A stretch of DNA of 64,000 bases, taken from positions 102,724 to 166,723 of the forward strand of contig CAWAUV010000006.1 in assembly GCA_963785305.1 (NCBI GenBank). The letters are read 5' to 3'. The stretch is from an uncultured Planctomycetaceae bacterium (GTDB lineage Bacteria; Planctomycetota; Planctomycetia; Pirellulales; PALSA-1355). This document shows positions 19,753-30,917 of this stretch, piece by piece (within the stretch, counting starts at the first letter, position 1; the number at the start of each line of letters is the position of its first letter). Below the pieces are notes generated by a model. It saw nothing but the letters and a program-made list of their open reading frames with translations, was not told the origin of the DNA and searched no databases. The translations under genes and the position numbers were made by a program.

Positions 19753-19914
19753 GTGCTTTGTCACGGCTGAAATGATAGGTAACCCCGTGTGCCACGCCCA
19801 CGCCCAGCGTGGGCATGTTTTCAAGCGCCGCGCGGAGTCCTCATGCCCGCGCAGGGCCGTGGGCATGGCGCCACGGAACCAATCCAACCCGTCATTTCAA
19901 TTGTGACAATGCGT
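19753..19914 (-). mobile_element. MITE-like element, copy 1
   Basis: Imperfect 27 bp TIRs GTGCTTTGTCACGGCTGAAATGATAGG / GCATTGTCACAATTGAAATGACGGG; homologous to 26805 and 35988 copies. Confidence 0.75.
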
Positions 19915-20006
19915 TTAGCGGAGAGGACTAAATCAACAGGCCGCGGCGCTACAGGCTTGCATCGATGGCGTCTCGCCGGCTTGGACGCACGGAGCGAAAT
20001 GGCATT

Positions 20007-21283
20007 CTATTTCGCCGCGCCGAGCTTCCAGAGGTGCTGGTCGCCGCGGATGAAGATCGCGTGATCGGCCACGATTGGCGAGCTTTGCAGGGTCTCGCCC
20101 AAGTGAATGCGAGAGGCGATCTCAAGCTTCCGCCCCCCATCGCCCACATGCACCACCAGCACATCGCCTTTCGCGCGGCGCAAATCAGTCGGTCGCCCAC
20201 CAGCACCGGAGTGCCCCAGAAAGAATCATCGAGCCGCAATTTGCCGAGCGATTTGCCGGTCGCGGCATCGGCCACGATCAGCACTCCCGAGCGATTGACG
20301 AGATAGAGCCGGCCGTCGTGGACCACGAGACTGGCGCCGCCGGGCTTCAAGGTATTGTCGTGCCACACGATGTCGGGCTCGGCTTTGCCCGGCGATGGTC
20401 GCAGGCACGTGACGCCCTCGCTGGGCACATAGACCAGCGAGCCCGCGGCGACGGCCGAGGGAATGCCTTCACACGGCTTTACATAATTCCACAGTTCGCG
20501 GCCAGTCGCGGGATCGACGGCCGTGAGCCGGCTGGGGCTCTGCAGCAAAACGGCGGGCGGCTCGCCCGGCGCGGCGCCCGGCATCACGATCGGCGAACAC
20601 CAGCTAGCGGCTTTCGGGCGGTCGATCTTCCACGCCGTTTGGCCCGTCGCGCGATCGACGCCCACGACGAAACTATCGCCCTGATTCTCGACCTGGGCCA
20701 CGACCACATTGCCCACCACGGCGGGCGATGAGCTCATGCCGACATCGTTGCCCGCGGCCGGAAACTCGACCGCGAGGCCGCGATACCAAAGCAGCTTGCC
20801 GGTGAGATCGAGCGCCACCAGATCGTTCGACGAGTAGAAGGCGAAGATCGCCGCGCCGTCGCTGGCGGGCGTTGGCGCGGCGTTGGCGCTTGTCGGATGG
20901 GTAATCGTGCGGCCGGTGGCCCAAAACTGCCGATCCCAGCGCGGTTTGCCGGTCGCGGCGTCGAAAGCCAGCACATGCATGCGGTCTTGCTGGAAGCCGC
21001 TCGAGGCGGTGACGATCACTTGGTCGCCCACGACGATCGGGCTCGATGGCCCGCGCCCGGCAGATCGACGCGCCACAGAATCGCCCGCTCGCCATCGATT
21101 ATTTCCGGCAGCGCATCGGCGGGCAGCGCGGTGTTGCTGTGGGCAGCGCGAAATTGCGGCCAATCGGCGCCCGACGCCGCGACGAGCAACGCGATCAGCG
21201 CACAACACTCCCGTGTCGCGCAGCTCGCTGGATCGGCCGTGCTCGATAATTCGCGATGCGATGTTCCGGCGGGCTTGCTTCAT
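20007..21283 (-). CDS. PQQ-like beta-propeller repeat protein; frameshifts near both ends
   Basis: GRGPSSPIVVGDQV, AFDAATGK..W, AAPTPASDG, SWCSP repeats. Confidence 0.8.
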
Positions 21284-22483
21284 GGCTGCTTCTTCTCCGG
21301 AGATTCTTGACTGGCGGGGCCGCTCGGGGCCTGGAGCACGATCGCGCCGCCGGTGGCGTCGGAAATGCGCGCCTGGAATTTCCATTCGCCGGCCCAAACA
21401 TCGGTCTGCTCGTTTTGACACACCTTCAACAGCAACTCGTTCTTGCCGGCGCGAAGCTCGACCGGAATGACGAATTGATCCATGCGCACGAAGGCATGAT
21501 ACACATTGCGCTCGAACACCAGCTTGCCGTTGAGCCAGACCTTGATCGCGTTTTCGCAGCCGATCCGAACCTCGGCCGGTTGCTCGCGGGGACTATCGAG
21601 CTCCGCGACCGCGTAGGCGAGCACTCCTTTTTCCTTCGCGATCAATTGATTCAAGTCGACTTCGCCCAGCGGAGCGTCGGTCGTGGTGGGCTTCCAATGC
21701 GCCTGGCCGCTTTTACCCTCGAGCTCGGCCTTGAGATCGACCCGCTTCTCCGGCGGATAAGCGATGTCGAAGCCGCGCTTTTCGGCATTGTCGAAGGGGC
21801 CGATTACATGCCACCGCCGAATAAATCCGTAATGCCCCGCGAGATCGACCGGATGGCCGAGCAGCTTGAGCGCGTCGGCCGCGGCTTTGACCTGATCTTC
21901 ATCGCGCACCGCGCCGGCGCTTGGGTATAAGCGGCGAGGGCGGCGTCGGACTCCTTTTTCTCGGCCAGCGCATCGGCCCGAGCGAGCACGCGCGCCACGG
22001 CGTCGCGGCGCAGCTCGAACACTTGGGTCGTCGAGCAGCGTCGGCCCCAATCGGTCGGCATTGGTCGGGTCGCCTCGCAGCAGCCAATCGTAAGCCAAGC
22101 GGCGAGCCCGGGGCTCATGTGAGCGATCATGAAAAAACGCTTCGAGCTGAGCGACCGGCAGCGTGCCGGCGGCGAGGCCGCGCTCGGCGATGGTGTCGAT
22201 GGCCGCCCGAATCCAATTGGCGCCGAGCGGCGTCGCGTGGTCGAGCGCCGTGAGCAAGCTCGGCAATGCCTGAGGCCCGGCCGATTCAAGCGCGCGCAGG
22301 CGCTCGCGACGCCTTCTCCCCTTCGTCGCCGCCCGGGCCAATACCGGCGAGGAGCGCGACCGCCTGCTGGCGAGCGGTATCGGAGGGCGCTTCCGAAGCG
22401 TGCGAAATCGTGATCGCCGTCGAAGCACCGACAATCGCCGCAAAAACAGGCGCCGCAAAAACCCGCGCCGCGAACAATCGCAT
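21280..22483 (-). CDS. Secreted hypothetical protein (helical/HEAT-like N-terminus, PA14-like C-terminus); several frameshifts
   Basis: WHVIGPFDN, AIKVWLNGK, VELRAGKNELLLKVCQ; signal peptide in ORF 22286-22591. Confidence 0.65.
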
Positions 22484-22690
22484 CCCGCAAAGTCGATCCC
22501 GCGTCGGTCGATCCGCTAGGCTCATCACGCAGCTCCTGGGCAGTCGCGACAAGCTTTTTTGAAGCTTGCGCAGACGGCGCGGCCGCAACAACGCGGCGGC
22601 GCGATCGCATCGTGCCTTGATTTTAGGCGCCTCGCCGCCAAGAACAAGCCACGCTAGCGCGACCTTGGCGAGCTTCTTCGCGAACGCGCG

Positions 22691-25600
22691 CTACCCCAAG
22701 ACCGGCGAGAATTCCGAGGTGTCGCCGGTCGGGTCGGTCGCCGTGGCGGTGTAGTATTGGGCGCCGGCCAGGGCGCTCGGGCCTTGATAGACGAAAGTCG
22801 CCGTGCCCTCGGAGCCGGTCCACACCGAGAGCGAGCCGAGAAACACATTGCCCGACGCTTCGTTCGCATAGTTGGCGAAGAACTCGATCGTGTAGGTCGT
22901 GAACGGAGTGGCCGAAAGGCCGCCGGCGATTTGCACTCCAAACGGTTTCTGTTCGACCCAGGTGAGCACCGGCGCCGGCTGGTTGAGATTGGCGCCCGAC
23001 GCGACTTGAATTCCAGCGGCGAAGTTATTGTGAATCGAGTTCCGCAAAATCGCGTTGCCCGCGCCCGAGAGCACCGCCACGCCGTTGCCCGCGTTGTAGG
23101 CGATATCGTTGGCCGAAAGATTCGGCCCAAAGCTGGTGCTATTCGAGCTGCTGCTCAAGTAGCCGCGTTGGCCGAGACCATCGCCGCCGACAGTGCCCGT
23201 CGAGGCTCCGCCGATGATGTTGTCGGAACTGTCGGTGATGGCGATCCCCGCCCCTCCGTTGGGCAGCGATTGCAGACTCGTTTCGTTGGTTCCGATCTGG
23301 TTTGCGATTACCGTATTGTTGTTCGTGCCGTTGAGATCGATGCCGTCGCCGCTGTTGCCGCTGATGACCGTGGTGAGTCCCGACACGATCGAACCGATCG
23401 TGTTGCCATGGCTGCCGGGCCCGAGCAACACTCCGGCCAGCGCGTTGCCGAGCGGGTCGAGGCCCGTGAGATCGGTTCCGATATAGCTGTAGTCGACCTG
23501 GATATCATGGGCCGTGCCATCGATCGCCACTCCGTTGCCGCCGTTGGATGAAATGACGTTGTGGGGAATGATGTTGAATGTGAGTTGCGGGCCGCCGATG
23601 ATGTCGCCGCTCGCGTTGCCATCGACTTCGATGCCGTTGTTCTTGTTGCCCATCGGGGCGTTGCCGTTTGTGTCGAGCCCCACGATATTGCCGGCCACGC
23701 GCACTCCGGTGGCGTTGCCCCCGATTTCAATACCGTCGTTGCCGTTTTCGGTGACGACGTTGGTGCGAATCAAGATGCCGGCGCCGGTGGTGGTGATGAG
23801 CATGCCATCGTTGTGATTGCCGAGGTTGGTATAGGTTTCGAAGGCGGCGAGACCGCAGAATGTGTTGTAGGACGTGAAATCGCTCGCCGTGTCTTGCACC
23901 ACGATGCCATTTTCGCCATTGGCCGCGTCGACATTGCCCAGCGGAATCGGTCCGCCCATGGTGGTTCCCGACGACGAGCCCTCGACGATCACGCCATTGA
24001 GCCCATTGCCGAGGGCGGTTAGATTGTCGGCGCCGAGGCCGAAGAAGTTGGCTTGGATCGTGGTGCCATTCGAATTATCCACGCTAAGGCCATTGCCGCC
24101 ATTGCCGCTCACGACATTGTAAAACACGAAGGGATTCGTGGTGGCCAAGCAGCCGGAGAGCGTGTTGTCGTCGGCTTCGTCGATGGCCACTCCGTCGCCG
24201 GTGTTGCCGAGCGCGGCGCTGCCCGAGGCGGTGGTTCCGATATAGTTTCCGCTGAGCGTGTTTCCCGTGGCGCCGGCATTGATCAGCACGCCGTCGCCAT
24301 CGTTGCCCGAGATGAGATTTCCCTGGGGCGGGCGCACGAACACTCCGCCCGTGGGATCATTGCCGCCGGTGGCTTCGCCGCCGATGAGGTTGTTGCTCGA
24401 GTTGTCGGTGATGAGAATTCCGTTTTGCCCGTTACCTCGCTTATACGTTCCTGTCGAGTCGACGCCGATCATGTCCATCGCGACTTGGTTGTCGCTGGCG
24501 CTCGAGAATTCGATGCCGTTGTCGCCGTTGGCGCTAATCACGTTCGACAGTTGAAAGTCGGGGTTGATCGTGGCCTGGAAGGAAAATCCGCCGTCGGGGC
24601 CGATCACCACCCCGACCACCACATCGCCGTAGACGGAATTCGAGCTGCTGATATTCGTGGCGGGATTGACTCCGGCGTAGTTGAGATTCACCCAGGTGGC
24701 CGCGCCAAACGATCCATCGGAGTTCCGCGTGACCGTGACCCACGAGCCTTGCACGGCGGCGGTCGAACCACTCTGGACCGAGTCGGCGCTGAGGGTGTAC
24801 ACGCCCGACGCGACGCTGCTGATGCCTTCGAAATGCGTGATGTAATTCGTGCCGTCGGGGTACGAGAACGTTGCCCAGTTGGAGAATTGGCCCGTGGCCG
24901 AGTCGTAGTCGACGAGATATGCCTGCCCGATCGGCTGATCCTGATTCAGCAGGTTATTGACGGCGTTGGGGCTCCAGCCGCCGCAGATCGTGTAGCTCGT
25001 GCCGCCATTGTACCAGATGCCATAGGCGGTATCGCTGATCGAGCCGGGATAGGTGATGTTGGTGATGAACTGGCCAGTCGCGACATTATAAATATACGCA
25101 TTGCCGGGGCCGAGCGGCAGGCCGTAGTCGCCGTGCTCGATCGAACTGTCGTAGTTGCCGACCGCCAGCCCGCCCATCACGCTATGCACGTAGTTGTACT
25201 CGGCGCCGGGATAGTCGATCGTCTGGTAAGCGCTGCTATTGGATAGATCGCTCGTCGTGCCAGTGAACACAAAGCCGTTGACCTTGACCGCGGCCGTCGA
25301 AGCGTCGGCGTTTTTATAGCTGCCCACGAGCACCAGATTGCCGCCGCCCAAATTGTCGGGCCCATAGACACTTGTGCTGTAGGCGGTGGGCATATCGACC
25401 AGATAACTCGTTCCCACGCCAGCGATCGTGCCTCTGAACAGCAGGCCGTCCAGGTTCGAGGTGCCGACGATGATGTATTGGCCCGCCGTGTCGCCGCCGC
25501 GAATGCCCTGCCAGGCGCTCACCGGCTGATTGCTCACGCTATTGGTGTCGTAGTAAGACACGCCTGAGGTTTGGCCGATCGTGTTGTTGTTGGCGTTTTC

Positions 25601-26488
25601 GACGAGAATGCCGTCTTGCGAGTTCCCGAGGGCGGTCGAACCATCGGCGCCGACGCCGATGAGGTTGTCGCTCACGGTGTTGAGCGTGGCGCCGTCGTTG
25701 ATCAACACGCCGTCGACGCCATTGGCCGAGATCACGTTGCCCGTGCGCCGCCGATCGTGTTTCCCGAGCCGCCACCGGTGACGAGCACTCCGCTGGCCGC
25801 ATTGCCGAGCGCGACGAGGCCGGTCGCGTCGGCGCCGATATAATTGCCATCGATCAGATTGTTCGAAGCATTGCTGAGATCGATGCCATTGCCGCCGTTG
25901 CCCGAGATCACATTCCGATCGGCCGCGGTGAGTCCGCCGATGGTGTTGCCCGAGGCGTTGTTGATGTCGACGCCATCTCCGGCGTTGGCGACCACGGTGC
26001 TGCCGTCGAGAGCAAGGCCGATATAGTTGCCGGTGAGCGTGGTGTTTCCGCCGCCGTTGAGCGTCACGCCGGCGTTGTCCGCATTCACGAGCGAAAGCCC
26101 TTGCAAAGCGGCGCCGGTGGATGTGGGTCCGAAGGTCAGGCCATCGAAGTGATTGAAATCGATTTCCACGACCGGCGCCGCGCTGTAGCCGGGGGCCGAA
26201 GTTCCGTCGAGATCGACCGCCGTGGTGATCGCGGGCAAGGCGGCGCTCGGTGAGGTGAATCGTGCCAGCCACGCTGAAATCGATGACCTCGGCGCCACCG
26301 GCCGCGTCGGCGTCGATGATTGCCTGGCGAAGCGAACCGGCGCCGCTATCATTCAGGCTCGAAACCACGAACGCGGTGAGTGCGTGCCGTTCCTCGAGCC
26401 GCTGCATCGTGAGCACACGGTTCTTGGGACGGCGGCTCGATTTGCGCGGACCGCGGGATGCGCGGCGAGTGCGATCTAGAAAAAACAT
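22691..26488 (-). CDS. Large surface/secreted right-handed beta-helix repeat protein; compensating frameshifts near 26255 and 25745
   Basis: Planctomycete-type N-terminus (RLEERHALT), DSGAGSLRQAI, many NVISGN/GNYIG repeats, C-terminal TATATDPTGDTSEFS. Confidence 0.85.
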   Translation of the reverse strand: MFFLDRTRRASRGPRKSSRRPKNRVLTMQRLEERHALTAFVVSSLNDSGAGSLRQAIIDADAAGGAEVIDFSVAGTIHLTERRLARDHHGGRSRRNFGPRLQRGAGRGNRFQSLRWPDLRTHIHRRRFARAFARECGQRRRDAQRRRKHHAHRQLYRPCSRRQHRGRQRRRWRRHQQRLGQHHRRTHRGRSECDLGQRRQWHRSQQCFEQSDRWQLYRRRRDRPRRARQCGQRSARHRWRLGKHDRRRTGNVISANGVDGVLINDGATLNTVSDNLIGVGADGSTALGNSQDGILVENANNNTIGQTSGVSYYDTNSVSNQPVSAWQGIRGGDTAGQYIIVGTSNLDGLLFRGTIAGVGTSYLVDMPTAYSTSVYGPDNLGGGNLVLVGSYKNADASTAAVKVNGFVFTGTTSDLSNSSAYQTIDYPGAEYNYVHSVMGGLAVGNYDSSIEHGDYGLPLGPGNAYIYNVATGQFITNITYPGSISDTAYGIWYNGGTSYTICGGWSPNAVNNLLNQDQPIGQAYLVDYDSATGQFSNWATFSYPDGTNYITHFEGISSVASGVYTLSADSVQSGSTAAVQGSWVTVTRNSDGSFGAATWVNLNYAGVNPATNISSSNSVYGDVVVGVVIGPDGGFSFQATINPDFQLSNVISANGDNGIEFSSASDNQVAMDMIGVDSTGTYKRGNGQNGILITDNSSNNLIGGEATGGNDPTGGVFVRPPQGNLISGNDGDGVLINAGATGNTLSGNYIGTTASGSAALGNTGDGVAIDEADDNTLSGCLATTNPFVFYNVVSGNGGNGLSVDNSNGTTIQANFFGLGADNLTALGNGLNGVIVEGSSSGTTMGGPIPLGNVDAANGENGIVVQDTASDFTSYNTFCGLAAFETYTNLGNHNDGMLITTTGAGILIRTNVVTENGNDGIEIGGNATGVRVAGNIVGLDTNGNAPMGNKNNGIEVDGNASGDIIGGPQLTFNIIPHNVISSNGGNGVAIDGTAHDIQVDYSYIGTDLTGLDPLGNALAGVLLGPGSHGNTIGSIVSGLTTVISGNSGDGIDLNGTNNNTVIANQIGTNETSLQSLPNGGAGIAITDSSDNIIGGASTGTVGGDGLGQRGYLSSSSNSTSFGPNLSANDIAYNAGNGVAVLSGAGNAILRNSIHNNFAAGIQVASGANLNQPAPVLTWVEQKPFGVQIAGGLSATPFTTYTIEFFANYANEASGNVFLGSLSVWTGSEGTATFVYQGPSALAGAQYYTATATDPTGDTSEFSPVLG

Positions 26489-26696
26489 GGTCGACTCATG
26501 GTGGCGATGGGATTTTCCCTCGCTAGCATCGGCCGCCGACGTTCGACCACGCGAAGCGAAAAGACCTCGCCGCCGAAAAGAATTGCCTCATGCGACAAGT
26601 CCGCCTTACTGATCGTTAAGACCCAGACTCCGCGCGCGGCAAGACCGGCGCGACGATCAAGTCATGCACAAACCGCAAGACCCCGCGAATACGACA

Positions 26697-26745
26697 CAAG
26701 CCTGAAGCGCCAGCGAAGGATTTCCTCGCTGGCGCTTCAGGCTTG
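26697..26745. repeat. REP-like long palindrome
   Basis: CAAGCCTGAAGCGCCAGCGA-aggatttcc-TCGCTGGCGCTTCAGGCTTG, a 20 bp perfect inverted repeat; related half-site at 19716-19734. Confidence 0.75.
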
Positions 26746-26804
26746 CGTGCAACGGTAAATCGGGCGGGTGAGCGGCTTTGTTGACCGCCGTGCAATGGGC
26801 CTAC

Positions 26805-26966
26805 GCGCATTGTCACAATTGAAATGACGGGTTGGATTTGCTCCGTGGCGCCATGCCCACGGCCCTGCGTGGGCATGAGGACTCCGCGTGGCGCTCGAAA
26901 ACATGCCTGCGCTGGGCGCGGGCATGGCACACGGGGTTACCTATCATTTCAGCCGTGACAAAGCAC
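26805..26966 (+). mobile_element. MITE-like element, copy 2
   Basis: Reverse-complement homolog of 19753-19914; ends in ...GTGACAAAGCAC|TAG. Confidence 0.75.
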
Positions 26967-26985
26967 TAGCGCTGTTGCAGCGGGC

Positions 26986-29206
26986 CTAGCGCTTTGCTTG
27001 GCCATTCGTCGGGGGAATCGCCGCGGGAGCAAGACATTTGTATTTCCCCTCGCGCGAAGCATCGATCTCCGACTTGTAAAAGCCCGAGAGCGGGCTTTCG
27101 CTCGGGCCGCCGGGCAAGTTCGTCCACGCTTCGTCGACGCCCAGGTCGGTCACGAAGTGATACGACGGCGCGAAACTCGTCACTCGCCGCGCGCTTTTCA
27201 GGAGATGGCCTTGAAAAACCGTCGCATGATTGCCGGGCATGCCCATCTCGCCCGTGCCGTAGCCCAGCGCGAACGACGAAGCCGTTGTCGACAAAGCGGT
27301 TGGTGAATGAAAACGCGTTGGTCACTTTCCACGGCGGATCGGGCCCGCTCGACAATCGGCTCGCCGCGCTACGCACCAGCGCTTGCTTGTCGCGCCCCTG
27401 CCACCATAGCGAGCGGTCCGACTTGAGCAGGCGATCGATCGAAGTGAGCACCATCGTCGAGAAGCCGATGCGCGTGACCATATACAGCATCCGCCGCCAG
27501 CCGATGCCTTGCTCTTGCCCGAAAATTTCCAGCAGCACATTGCGATAGAGCGCCGTGAACAAAGTCGCCTCGCGGCTCTCGGGCGAATAGTCATGGCCCC
27601 AGCCAGCCAGCCGCGCCGCCAGCGGTCCGTCGCCGAGCGCGGCGAGAAAGATCGGCGTCAGATCGCGAGCATGCGTGCTTACCACATCGTATTGCAACTC
27701 CCGCATCCGCGCGACATCGGCCCGGGGCATTTCCCGCAAGCGCTCCACGATGCGGCGGTAGCGATAGTCGGGCACCACGAGCGTCACGAGTTCCGGGCCG
27801 CCGGGTTGATTGACGTTTTCATTGGCCGAAGCCACGAAGCCGCATGCCGGATCGTAAACTCGCGGTAAAAGCTCGCTGGAGATCCGGCCGCGCCAGTGAT
27901 TGTTTTCGTCCCAAGCCGGAATCGGCAAAAGGCCATTGTGGCGGGGTGAACGCTTGGGGAACCAGCCGCTCGCCTGGCGACCGATGTGGCCCTCCCGATC
28001 GGCGAATACCCATGTGAGCGAAGGCAAGGGGCATTCGCGGGCCAAGCCCATGCCTTCGCGCGTCGATTCGGCCGAGACCATGTCGAGCCAGGTGGCGATC
28101 GACTTGCCCGCGCCCGCGCCGCGGCCGACCCAGGCGGTCGAAAGATAGTAGCCCGGCTGGCCCGGATCGGGATCGGCTTCGAGCGTGCCCACCTCATTGT
28201 GCAGAATCGTGAGCTCTTCGTCGTCGTGGCCTTTTCGCACAATGGTCTCGACGCGGCGGTTGAAATATCGCCAAGCGTCGCCGCGGCGATATTGCCAGCC
28301 GCGATCGGTCGGTCGGCAGTCTTCGATAAAGTAATCAGCCGTGTCGGCTTTCAGATAGGTGACGCCCCAAGCCAATTGCGCGGTGCGGGCCACGGCAAAC
28401 AGCGGACAGCCGGGCAGGGTGGCCCCCATCACATAGTGGGCGTCGCCCCACTGGAGCGAGGCCTCGTACCAAATCGCGGGCAGTTGATGCACTTCCAAGT
28501 GCGGATCGGCGGCCAAGAGCGCCGCGCCGCTCGCGCTGCGGCTGGGCGCCACGGCCCAAGCGTTGCTCCCGGCGAGGCGCGGCAGATCGGTAATGAGCTC
28601 AAGCGCGTCGTCGGAGAGCTGGCTGGCGATGCGAATCTTGCGCAAGAGATCGAAGTCGGCGTTGTCGAGCGACGGGTGAAACAGTTCGCGCATCTTGTCG
28701 TCGGCCACGCCCACCTTGACCATGTCGACCAGAATCCGCTCGTTTTGCAATTGCGATACGACCAGCCCGCCATAGGAAAGTAAGTTGCCGATCAGCAGAA
28801 CCGATTCCTGGGTCCAGGGCGAGGGCACGAAGCCCACCGCCCACATCGGCAGCGAGCGCCCGCCTTCGGCCAGTCCGTCGTTCACGCCCTGACAATAGGC
28901 GGTGAGTTGGTCGAATGTGGCGTCGTCGAGGTCGTGGACCTCGCGATCAAGGCCGAGAAAAAGTCCGGCGCGGCGGAAGAAGCGATCGGTTTCGAGAAGC
29001 TCGGGCGTGTCTTGAATTTTTTCGGCGCCGCGGCCGCGGGCCACCGATCGCGAAAACAGCATTTGCGTGGGCCGGTCGATCGCGTGCATGTAGCCCAGGC
29101 CGTAGAGGCAGCCGCGCCAGTTGTCGGCGGCAATATGGGGCACGCCCGCGTCGTCGCGCGTCGCGGTAAAGCGGCGGCGCGTGTTTCGGAAACGAAGCTG
29201 CTTCAT
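26986..29206 (-). CDS. Penicillin acylase family (Ntn hydrolase); frameshift near 27270
   Basis: RDDAGVPHI, GSNAWAV (catalytic Ser), DPHL, FADREGHIG, SANE; C-terminal LPGGPSE in ORF 26986-27294. Confidence 0.9.
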
Positions 29207-30026
29207 GATCGCCTGCTTCCCGAGCGGAAGGGAGCGGTGCGCGCGGTGGTGAACGGCGAGCGAAGACGCGTCGCTCGCGGAAAAGTTTGCCTGGGCCCGC
29301 TCTATTAATTCTACGTCGCCCGCCAGCCGCCTGCTCGCTCAGAAAAAGCAGGAAAATCGCGCCGCCAAACTTGAATTCACCGCCGTAATAAGCGATGCAA
29401 ACCGTTCGCGAGCCGAGAGCCGGTCGCGTGGCGAGCGGCCCGGGCGGGAACAGGCCGCGGAATCGATATTTCGGACACGACCTACCGGCGCGCGGCAAGC
29501 CTTCGCCCGCGCACGCGGAACCGAAGCCCCCATCGTGGGAATCACGTCGCTGGGATCACGCCGCGCGGCGCGTATTTTCGCCCTCGGGGGAGCGCTTATT
29601 TCCGATGCCGAATGCGCGATCGCATCCGACGTTTCTTGCGACCCAGTTTACGACGGCCTTTGCCTGTTTTCTTGACGCCCACGAGCACTCCGGAAAAAAA
29701 GGGTCCAATGCGATTGACGAGAAAAGCAGCCCGACGGGGCGCCACGGCCGAGCGAAGGATTATAGCCGGCCCCCAGTGTATCCCGCAAGACGGTCGCCGC
29801 CGCAGCTCTAACCCATCCCGCTCCCAGCCGCGGGCCAACCGCCATCCGCGCCGTCGTCGCCGCAGACCGGACCTCCGCCAAAAGGCTGCCCGAAAAACGT
29901 TGGCGGAAAGCGATTAAGTCGCGTTTCCAGCGAGGAGCGACGGTTTTTCGCCTTTACATCGCGCCCGGCGATCCGGTACTGTTCCGCGCCCCAGAACACC
30001 CGCATCGATCATGCAAGGACGATATC

Positions 30027-30800
30027 ATGCGATTTGCGTTGGCGATCGTCGCGACTCTTGCCGCGCTGGCCGCAATTTGCCCAGCGGCCGGGGCGGAGGA
30101 TTTTCGGATCGAGACTCGGGTCTACTCCGTCAAGGAAAAGACGCTGCTCAGTCAAAACACGACGCTGTTTCGCGATGGCGTGGTCTACGACTTTCTCGGC
30201 GATCCGCCGCAAATCGCCGTGTTCGACAAGCTCCATGGGCGATTCGTGCTGCTTGACACCCAGCGCAAACTTCGCTCCGACATCTCGACGGAACAACTGC
30301 TTGTCTTTTGCGGCGAACTGCGGGCCTGGGCGCTCAACGCCTCGAAAGGCTATTTGCAATTCTGCGGCAAGCCCCAATTTGCGATCGAGTTTACCGAGAA
30401 ATCGAGCGAGCTCTCGCTCACGAGTCCATTCATGACCTACAAACTGCAAACCACCAAGGCCAAGTCGCTCGACGCCTCGCATCAAATGCGCGAATTTTCC
30501 GATTGGTATGCGCGGCTCAACGCGCTGACGAATCCCGGCGGCATCCTGCCGTTTCCGCGCCTGGCGGTCAACGAAGAGCTCGACCGCCGCGGACTCGTGG
30601 CCGAACAGGTCGAGCTCAATATCGTGCCGCAGGCTCAACTGGGCGGCAAAAGCGTGTCGGTGCGCAGCGAACACGAGGTGCAGTGGCAACTGCTCGATCG
30701 CGACATGAAACGCATCGCCGACACCGATACCCAGCTGGTGAGTTTCCGCAAGGCGGAGTTCAGCGAGTTCATGCGTCAGCCGCCAGAGTCGACCCACTGA
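30027..30800 (+). CDS. Secreted conserved hypothetical protein
   Basis: Signal peptide ending AGA-EDF; RBS AAGGA; clean 257 aa ORF. Confidence 0.75.
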   Translation: MRFALAIVATLAALAAICPAAGAEDFRIETRVYSVKEKTLLSQNTTLFRDGVVYDFLGDPPQIAVFDKLHGRFVLLDTQRKLRSDISTEQLLVFCGELRAWALNASKGYLQFCGKPQFAIEFTEKSSELSLTSPFMTYKLQTTKAKSLDASHQMREFSDWYARLNALTNPGGILPFPRLAVNEELDRRGLVAEQVELNIVPQAQLGGKSVSVRSEHEVQWQLLDRDMKRIADTDTQLVSFRKAEFSEFMRQPPESTH

Positions 30801-30917
30801 GCGGCATTTCGCGCCAGCGATTTCAGCGATTTATTTGGCGCGGTCTCTGGATGGGCTTAGGATAAGCGAAACCTCGTTTCGCGATTATCAAGCACTCCAG
30901 AAGACTGGCCACGTCCC

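Noticed and set aside
29210..30020. ~800 bp spacer between divergent genes as a possible ncRNA or small gene
   Set aside because: No recognisable RNA motif, repeat, terminator or convincing ORF.
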